From Candidatus Scalindua sp. (GTDB lineage: Bacteria > Planctomycetota > Brocadiia > Brocadiales > Scalinduaceae), in contig JALDRA010000001.1 in assembly GCA_031316235.1 (NCBI GenBank), positions 210,001 through 242,000 on the forward strand: a stretch of 32,000 nucleotides of DNA. The letters run 5' to 3'. The notes under the pieces are model-generated. The model ran no database searches. It saw only the letters and a program-made list of their open reading frames with translations, and had not been told where the DNA came from. Both the position numbers and the translations under genes were made by a program. This document shows, one piece after another, positions 25,826 to 32,000 of the stretch (the first letter of the stretch is position 1; each line of letters begins with the position of its first letter).

Positions 25826-25851
25826 CCCCTTTTTTTAAAGGGGGATTTTTT
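25826..25851 (+). terminator. Intrinsic-terminator-like hairpin oriented on the plus strand
   Basis: CCCCTTT (25826-25832) pairs with AAAGGGG (25837-25843) around a TTTT loop, followed by GA and TTTTTT (25846-25851). On the minus strand no U-tract follows the hairpin. Confidence 0.4.
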
Positions 25852-25944
25852 GTCTGCTGCTACCGATAACCCGCACAAATAAAATAAAAATTCCTATACA
25901 ACTAAATTTTTGTAGCTCATTTATTCGTAATCTTAAAGTTGCAA

Positions 25945-27057
25945 TCATAAAAACAGTGCCTCTACAATACGAGCCGCCGCTTTCCCATCACCATAAGGGT
26001 TTTTGGCCTTCGACATTGTTTTATACATTTCTTCATTCCTTAAAAGGTTACTGACACTCTCAACTATTTTGTTTTTATCTGCTCCTACTAAAGCAACACA
26101 ACCAGCATCAATACCCTCTGGTCTTTCCGTTACTTCACGCATTACGAAAACTGGCTTGCCCAAAGATGGGGCTTCTTCCTGAATACCACCAGAATCAGTC
26201 AAGATTATATATGCATGATCCATCAACCAGACGAAAGGAGCATAGGGCAACGGTTCTATTAAATGTATTCTATCGGTATTTCCCAAAATTCTGTGTACGG
26301 GTTCTTTTACATTGGGGTTCAAATGCACAGGATACACAACGCAGATGTCAGAATGAAGGGAAACCAAATCACAAATGGCAAGGCATATCTGTTCAAAGGT
26401 ATTCCCAAAACTTTCCCTTCTGTGTCCGGTAACGAGAATCATTTTTTTATCATTCATAATATTTTTTAAATCAGCGGGAATATCGTGTGGAGTTTTGCCA
26501 ACTTCCTGCCTTACCCACAATAGGGCGTCGATAACGGTGTTGCCCGTAACAAAGATTTTAGTTTGCGGAACGCCTTCTGACAACAGCGCCTGCCGGGCTC
26601 TGTCTGTAGGCGCAAAATGCAGATCAGCAATTACGGAAGTTACACGGCGATTAATTTCTTCCGGGAAAGGGGCGTGTTTATTATTTGTCCTGAGACCGGC
26701 TTCGATATGACCCACATGTATGCCATGATAAAATGCTGCCAGGCTTGCGGCCATGGTTGTTGTGGTATCGCCCTGAACTAATATCCAGTCGGGTTTTACT
26801 TCACGTAACACAGGATCCAGTGATGTCAAAACTCTGGCAGTTAATTGTGATAAAGATTGATTCCCTTGCATAAGGTCTAAATCAAAATCCGGTGTTATAT
26901 TAAATAAATCGAGCGCCTGATCCAGCATCTGCCGATGCTGAGCAGTAACACAGACAAGAGAACGAAGCTTGTAACAATCTTTTTCTAATTCCTTTATAAC
27001 CGGCACCATTTTGATGGCCTCAGGCCGGGTACCAAATATAGACAAAATGGTGAACAT
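25945..27057 (-). CDS. wecB: UDP-N-acetylglucosamine 2-epimerase (non-hydrolysing)
   Basis: [56 protein letters not shown] and [18 protein letters not shown] match along the full length. Confidence 0.9.
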   Translation of the reverse strand: MFTILSIFGTRPEAIKMVPVIKELEKDCYKLRSLVCVTAQHRQMLDQALDLFNITPDFDLDLMQGNQSLSQLTARVLTSLDPVLREVKPDWILVQGDTTTTMAASLAAFYHGIHVGHIEAGLRTNNKHAPFPEEINRRVTSVIADLHFAPTDRARQALLSEGVPQTKIFVTGNTVIDALLWVRQEVGKTPHDIPADLKNIMNDKKMILVTGHRRESFGNTFEQICLAICDLVSLHSDICVVYPVHLNPNVKEPVHRILGNTDRIHLIEPLPYAPFVWLMDHAYIILTDSGGIQEEAPSLGKPVFVMREVTERPEGIDAGCVALVGADKNKIVESVSNLLRNEEMYKTMSKAKNPYGDGKAAARIVEALFL

Positions 27058-27100
27058 AGCTAAAATAAATTCCCCTTCATCTGATCAAGCCATAACTCAA

Positions 27101-28033
27101 TCATGTATTCTTGCGCAAAACAATGAAGAGATTGTGATGCGGCTCTCTTGACTGATAATTGTGCTTGTTCGGTAGTATATTTTTCCTGCATCTCCTCAGG
27201 AAATGTAATATGTGCAGAGCACTCAACATATTTTTTACAGCCAACTTAACGTTGCTTTCCTTGCTCTTCGCACCAGTAATACCTCTACCCCCACCATAGA
27301 GTGTGCAAACAACTTTCAGACCGTGTTTCTCGGCAAATTTCCCAACTGTGGAGGCAGAAAAGAAGTACAAATGCTCAAAACTAGTCGAGAACCCAATCCA
27401 GTTGTCAAAACCGACAGATTTACCACATTCAAAACTTGGCGTTGAAAGACAGAGAATGCCTTTCTACGCGAGAAGAAAAGATGCTTTCGCAAAGAACCTA
27501 TCAGGATTCGTCAGATGCTCGATCACCTCAAAGGCAAAAAGTGCATCATATTTCACTTCAGGGTCAACGTCCTCTATTGTCCCGACGTGAAAAGGAATCG
27601 CTTTGTAACGTGATCTTGCTTCCGTTATAGCAGACTCCGAAATATCAATTCCGGTGACACTAACTCCCATATTATGTATGACGTGACAGAATTCACCTGT
27701 CCCACAGCCAAACTCCATCGCTTTGGCAAAAGATTTTATGCCTGCTTCTCCTAAAACACGCAACCTCATTTTCGAAGTCCTAAGCATACCTTGTCTTGTT
27801 TCATCAGAAAAGTAGTTGTCAAAGCCAATAGAGGAAGGTGACATAAAATAATCCCTATCATAGAGTAACGGGATAAGGTCTTCTTTGGGCCTAGGATTTA
27901 GGTACACAAGACCGCAACTCTTACATTGAACTATTTGAAAACCATCCGGTCTTTGGAAGATGTCCTCGTGGTTTCTCAGACCACATAGATTGCAGTCGTA
28001 CTGAGCCAGTTGAGTATCGGTCCACTTAATCAT
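27101..28033 (-). pseudogene. Zn-ribbon plus class I SAM methyltransferase interrupted by a single in-frame TAG
   Basis: CNLCG...CKSCG ribbon and motif I AMEFGCGTGEF. Track ORFs 27464..28093 and 27101..27370 are in the same frame (both low coordinates are 2 mod 3). Reading through gives FFAKASFLLA*KGILCLSTPSFECGKSVGFDNWIGFSTSFEHLYFFSASTVGKFAEKHGLKVV, which is homologous-looking on both sides of the TAG at 27464-27466. Confidence 0.7.
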
Positions 28034-29001
28034 CCTGATTCTTTGGCTTCCATCTGAATGTTGTAGTAATCCTGATTCTTCAAGCGCCAACAACTCAGGT
28101 CTCTTCTTAGAAGCGTCTCAATATCCTTGATCTCTTGCTCGTAGTATGTAGCAAGCGCCATGAGCGTTTCAGTGGGAGCAGCGGTCCGACCCATCTTCAT
28201 ATTTACCTCCCAAAGGGTACGATAGACCCGCCAAAGCAGTTTCAAGAGCCTAACCGGGATAATTGGCCTTAGCTGCTGCCCAATCATGACTAATATAGGC
28301 GTCATTAGTTCATGAAGACAAAGCAACACAACACTACGCGGCGTCTGCGCTGGATTATGTATTTTCATATCTGGCTTGAACTCTGTAGAGATATCCAAGA
28401 AATGACACACTTTGGCAAACTCACTTGCGGGGTCTCTCTCGAAATCATCGAATATTATTACATGTACGTTCTCGCCGCCGAATTCCGATAAGTAGCGCGA
28501 CAGTTGTTCGGCGTACTTGCCGACCTCACGGTACAAGAGATACTCATTAGGAAACCTAAATCTCTTCGGAATGCACTTCCCCTGACTTCTGCCAGTTTCA
28601 GCTACCAGCGCATCCTGTAATCGAGTAATACTCTCAATACCCATTTTCAAATACTGAGCATGCAAAGAGACGACTAAATCAACAGGATTTCTAAGCATTG
28701 CTATAATTTTTGCACTAGGCGCATAATTATGTATTGCGCGAGCGGCCTTCTTGGAATACAAGTATGAAGTGGTTGATTCCCCGATTCGAATTTCGCCACT
28801 ATATCCCCGGAAACAAAGAAGATATTCCTCCTCAGTCTGCGGATAAGTGGGACATGAAAAATCCGGCGCCAAGAAGCAAGGTTCCTTAGTCTTTGACATG
28901 AATACATCTGGATGCTCGGATAAGTAATTGTGCAAGGACGTCGTACCCGACTTCGGTGCTCCAACGATAAAAAAATTAGGTTTGCAAGTGACGTCGGTCA
29001 T
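28030..29001 (-). CDS. PAPS-dependent sulfotransferase
   Basis: 5'-PSB loop FFIVGAPKSGTTSL and 3'-PB motif MLRNPVDLVVSLH. Start ATG 29001 forms ATGA with the flippase stop, and its own stop forms ATGA with the methyltransferase start at 28033. Confidence 0.85.
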   Translation of the reverse strand: MTDVTCKPNFFIVGAPKSGTTSLHNYLSEHPDVFMSKTKEPCFLAPDFSCPTYPQTEEEYLLCFRGYSGEIRIGESTTSYLYSKKAARAIHNYAPSAKIIAMLRNPVDLVVSLHAQYLKMGIESITRLQDALVAETGRSQGKCIPKRFRFPNEYLLYREVGKYAEQLSRYLSEFGGENVHVIIFDDFERDPASEFAKVCHFLDISTEFKPDMKIHNPAQTPRSVVLLCLHELMTPILVMIGQQLRPIIPVRLLKLLWRVYRTLWEVNMKMGRTAAPTETLMALATYYEQEIKDIETLLRRDLSCWRLKNQDYYNIQMEAKESG

Positions 29002-30374
29002 AGGGATCTTTCCATCCTTAACTTCGGGCTTGTACGAAAGACACAAAGAACATAGATTGTCGTAGTTGCGAAGTGAAAACAGTATGCGATAAAGAACGCC
29101 CACGCAAGACCCAATGCGCCATACCTGACAAGCGCAGAAGTCGCCAGCAGGATTGCGGTGGCCCAAAGAGCGTTTAGCAATACTCCCCACCAGATATTTC
29201 CTACACATTTATTAACTACTCCAACTATGCCTGCCAACTGCATGGGAATACATCCCAGCATTACGGTAATTAGAACTAACGTATTCCCGCTGAACTCTGG
29301 ACCGTAAGTAGTCATGATTGGCTTAGACAGAATGCTGATGACCACGGCGCCAGACAACACTATAGCGCCGTTCAAATAAATCTGGGTGAGCAACGTCTTC
29401 TTAAACAACTGCCTTTGACCATCACCGTAAAGCTGACTCAAAACAGGGAACGCGGCTTGGGCGATGATTCCGGAAGCAAAATAAACAAGTGCTTGCCAAT
29501 GTTCCGCAGCCGCATAAACCCCGAGTTCTGAGTATCCATCTTGTTGATTTGCCAACATGCTTTTGCATATCCAAAACACAGGACCAACCATCGTACCGCT
29601 GAGAACTGCCGGCAGACTGAATCTCCACAGAATGGACAATTCTCGGCTGCATTTCCTGAAGGTGAAAAGAACCCTGTATCGGTGTGCTTCTTTGCGCAGA
29701 GCTAAATGGTTAAAAAGCCAATTGAAGCCGAGATTTATCGCCAGTGCCCAGACCGCACCGGTGAGACCACCGAAATATGCCCCGCAAACGAGGATAGGGA
29801 ATGAGATCAGGCCAACAAAAAGGTTGACATAGGCGATGGTCTTGAAGGCCTCAAAACCGGACAACGCCCCGGTCTGGGCGCCATTGAGCGCGCTGATGAA
29901 GAGAATCACAGCGCCAATCCGCAGCACACCTGCCAAGTGCGGCGCGTTGATCGTATGTTCAGCCAGCCAGGGGGCGAAGACGAACAGGCCCATTGCCATC
30001 AAACCGCCGGTGACCATGGCGACCAGCCCGGAAAGGCCGATGATACGTCCGGCTCGCTCGGGATCGCTTCGGAAAAACTCAGCGACGTGTTTGGTGGCGG
30101 TCAGACCAAGGCCGAACCCGGCGAAGACCCCGAACATGCCGACCGTGGACTGGATCATTCCCAGTTCGCCATAGCCCGTCTTGCCCAGCATTCGGGCCAC
30201 GAGGACCGATGCGGCAAGCATCAGGCCGCGCGAGATTACCGCCCCGGCCATCGACCAGAACACGCCACGGGCCAAGCGCGACCCTACATCGGAAGCTTTG
30301 ATCCTGTTGAGAAAAGGATGAACCACCGAAGGGCAGCAGGTGAATATGGCCTTCTTGACGCCCATATTCACCAT
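28998..30374 (-). CDS. Wzx-type oligosaccharide flippase (MOP superfamily)
   Basis: 458 aa with about 12-14 TM segments. The N-terminal pattern FWSMAGAVISRGLMLAASVLVARMLGKTGYGELGMIQS is typical of polysaccharide-biosynthesis flippases. Confidence 0.8.
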   Translation of the reverse strand: MVNMGVKKAIFTCCPSVVHPFLNRIKASDVGSRLARGVFWSMAGAVISRGLMLAASVLVARMLGKTGYGELGMIQSTVGMFGVFAGFGLGLTATKHVAEFFRSDPERAGRIIGLSGLVAMVTGGLMAMGLFVFAPWLAEHTINAPHLAGVLRIGAVILFISALNGAQTGALSGFEAFKTIAYVNLFVGLISFPILVCGAYFGGLTGAVWALAINLGFNWLFNHLALRKEAHRYRVLFTFRKCSRELSILWRFSLPAVLSGTMVGPVFWICKSMLANQQDGYSELGVYAAAEHWQALVYFASGIIAQAAFPVLSQLYGDGQRQLFKKTLLTQIYLNGAIVLSGAVVISILSKPIMTTYGPEFSGNTLVLITVMLGCIPMQLAGIVGVVNKCVGNIWWGVLLNALWATAILLATSALVRYGALGLAWAFFIAYCFHFATTTIYVLCVFRTSPKLRMERSL

Positions 30375-30653
30375 GAATGACTGTCCCTGATAAAGTGTAA
30401 TGGGGTCAAACCTTCATTATTCAATTATTATTCCCTTCACTTTCTGACTATTTGTTTTTGCCACGAAGATGCTAAGACACAAAAGTTTCCTTACCACAGA
30501 GACAGACAAAAAACAAATTCCAAATGACAATATTACAGTGACTAAAGTTTTAAGTGAACTAAAGTAACTAAAGTTAATGGTCTACTTTGCTCCAATAGTT
30601 ACAACCTCTAGGGTCAACCTCTAGGGTCAGACCTTGAAAGCAGAATAAGGTAT

Positions 30654-30751
30654 TTGTCATTGGTCATGGCTCATAGTTGATACTCGATTCTGGATACTAA
30701 AGAAAACATGTCGATTCGAGGGTATTCGATAATTTGTTGATTCGAATTTAA
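30654..30751. repeat. Degenerate heptanucleotide array
   Basis: Parsed: TTGTCAT TGGTCAT GGCTCAT AGTTGAT ACTCGAT TCTGGAT ACTAAAG AAAACAT GTCGATT CGAGGGT ATTCGAT AATTTGT TGATTCG AATTTAA. Confidence 0.85.
30690..30719 (+). repeat. 30-bp direct repeat, left copy (partner 31764-31793)
   Basis: CTGGATACTAAAGAAAACATGTCGATTCGA vs CTGGATACTAAAGAAAACATGTTGATTCGA, 29/30 identical. A second pair, 30552-30578 / 31667-31693, is 25/27 identical. GGTCAGACCTTGA occurs at 30625 and 31623. Confidence 0.9.
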
Positions 30752-30951
30752 ATTTCTCTTGCCATAAAGAGGCGCGCCCAGTTACATATATCAAGCATTT
30801 CACGGAATAGGCTTAAGTGCAAAGCTCAAATCTACTCTAATCTATCAATTACAACAGTCTCAATTATATCAAGCACATCGGTAAGTTTAACTGGTTTATT
30901 TCCCTTCACACCCCCCTTTACAGGTCATCAGAAAAAAATATTTCAATGGCG

Positions 30952-31338
30952 TTAATCAAAAGGATTTGTAAATTCAAGTACTTCTATCGCTTTAAAATCA
31001 TTTACATTTCTTGTTTTCAGATTCAAATTATTGAGAACTGCTGTAGCTGCTATAATCGCATCTGCAAGCTTTATGTTTGTCCTTCTTTTTAATTCAATAG
31101 CTTTGTTGGCAATACCTTCATCTACAAGATAAGTATTTGCATATTCAAGCAGTCGTTTGCATTTTTCAATGCCATCAGGTGTGTGCTTATCCCATCCAAG
31201 AAATTCTATCTTTGTAATTACAGAAATATTAAAGGCTTTTTGAGAAATAATGCTGTCCATAAAAATTATACTCTTCTCTGATCCTTTGGTATGGTATATT
31301 AAAATATTCGTATCTATCAGATACTCAGTTGCAGGCAT
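30952..31338 (-). CDS. vapC: PIN-domain toxin
   Basis: YLIDTNILIY (first acidic residue), a mid-protein ITKIEF block and C-terminal LADAIIAATAV...LKTRNVNDF make a classic VapC layout. It overlaps the upstream small gene by 14 nt. Confidence 0.85.
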   Translation of the reverse strand: MPATEYLIDTNILIYHTKGSEKSIIFMDSIISQKAFNISVITKIEFLGWDKHTPDGIEKCKRLLEYANTYLVDEGIANKAIELKRRTNIKLADAIIAATAVLNNLNLKTRNVNDFKAIEVLEFTNPFD

Positions 31339-31567
31339 CTCGTTCCCAACTTTCTCTTAATTTTTTCGACTCCGCTTCAACATCTATATCTTTATATATT
31401 CCAGAAGTTTCTCTAACCATCTTTGTCACTTCTGCTTTTGAATAATATTGTTCTTCATTATCACAATCATAGATAAGATGAACCTTTATCATTCCGGCAG
31501 GCAGCGTATTATTAACATACTTTATCTGCCCGTTTTCTATTATTGCTTCAACAATTTTATGTCCCAT
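31325..31567 (-). CDS. vapB: AF2212/DUF104-like antitoxin
   Basis: The N-terminus IVEAIIENGQIKYVNNTLPAGMIKVHLIY resembles the DUF104 pattern (IEAIYENGVLKPLE...LPEG..V.I.I). Position and overlap with vapC support the call. Confidence 0.65.
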   Translation of the reverse strand: MGHKIVEAIIENGQIKYVNNTLPAGMIKVHLIYDCDNEEQYYSKAEVTKMVRETSGIYKDIDVEAESKKLRESWERDACN

Positions 31568-32000
31568 AGAATTCTCTCCTTTCCAGAAAGGGATCCGTTC
31601 TTGAGTAAAGCAAGCGCCTAAAGGTCAGACCTTGATTAGTGATTATATTAAGTGTGCTAAAGTGTAAAGTGAACTAAAGTACCTAAAGTTGATACTGGTT
31701 ACTTGATGCTGATTAAAGACCGTTAATTCGTTAATTAGTTGATTCGATAATTCGTGAAGCACGCTGGATACTAAAGAAAACATGTTGATTCGATGATTCG
31801 TGAAGCAAGCTTTCAAGTAACACACTTAATCTTTTTCTTTCTGCTTTTTTGACGCCAAATACCGGATATAACCATTAAGAAGAAAAAATGACTTTTCAAT
31901 TTCTTAAAAATGTTTAACCACGAAATAGGCGAAATACACTAAAGAAATTAAAAATACAAACAAATCTCTCAATATAGATTAGAAAAACCAATAAGAAATA

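Noticed and set aside
29002-29208. 69-residue N-terminal extension of the sulfotransferase ORF, and the 20-residue extension of the methyltransferase ORF (28034-28093)
   Set aside because: Both lie inside the 3' end of the preceding gene in another frame. Homology (PKSGTT loop, Zn ribbon) starts at internal ATGs that form ATGA overlaps with the upstream stops.
29557-30380. Plus-strand ORFs of 91, 112 and 147 aa opposite the flippase gene
   Set aside because: They are shadow ORFs typical of a locally GC-rich region, with low-complexity Arg/Pro/Ala/Gly-rich translations. The minus-strand flippase reading is clearly the real one.

Overview
Low-GC bacterial accessory DNA; hand-counted 120-nt samples give about 35% GC for most of the window. 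All calls come from reading the sequence and from motif memory. No database searches were run and the taxon cannot be assigned. The window has three parts. (1) 1-7.6 kb is a mobile-DNA and toxin-antitoxin junkyard. It holds an IS1634-type transposase running off the left edge, a lipoprotein gene, DUF433/DUF5615 and ParE-type TA pairs, and a second DDE transposase. It also holds three decayed genes: a four-helix-bundle stub, a RAYT-like Y1 transposase split by a 160-bp nested-IR insert, and an IS200-type TnpA stub. (2) 7.66-30.37 kb is one minus-strand surface-polysaccharide cluster. In transcription order it encodes Wzx flippase, sulfotransferase, a methyltransferase with an in-frame TAG, WecB, four GT4-type glycosyltransferases, a Wzy-like polymerase, a DUF4091/GH123-like secreted protein, a second methyltransferase, a CapD/PglF-like dehydratase, a formyltransferase, a PglE/LegC-like aminotransferase and a PglC-like phosphoglycosyltransferase. 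The cluster is heavily colonised. It carries a group II intron, three copies of a modular MITE/BIME-like spacer element, a 108-bp MITE with a TTATA target duplication, a GTCATTCCCGC-core element, and 41-bp repeats placed just after stop codons. (3) 30.4-32 kb is ORF-poor short-period repeat DNA around a VapBC pair. I found no recognisable novel multi-gene system. The most interesting signals are four. The formyltransferase is flanked by both halves of a dead NeuD/PglD-type acetyltransferase, suggesting an acyl-group switch. The modular spacer element recurs inside the operon. Heptanucleotide (STRR-like) arrays fill many spacers across the window. The flippase-sulfotransferase-methyltransferase module is 45-60% GC and joined by ATGA overlaps.
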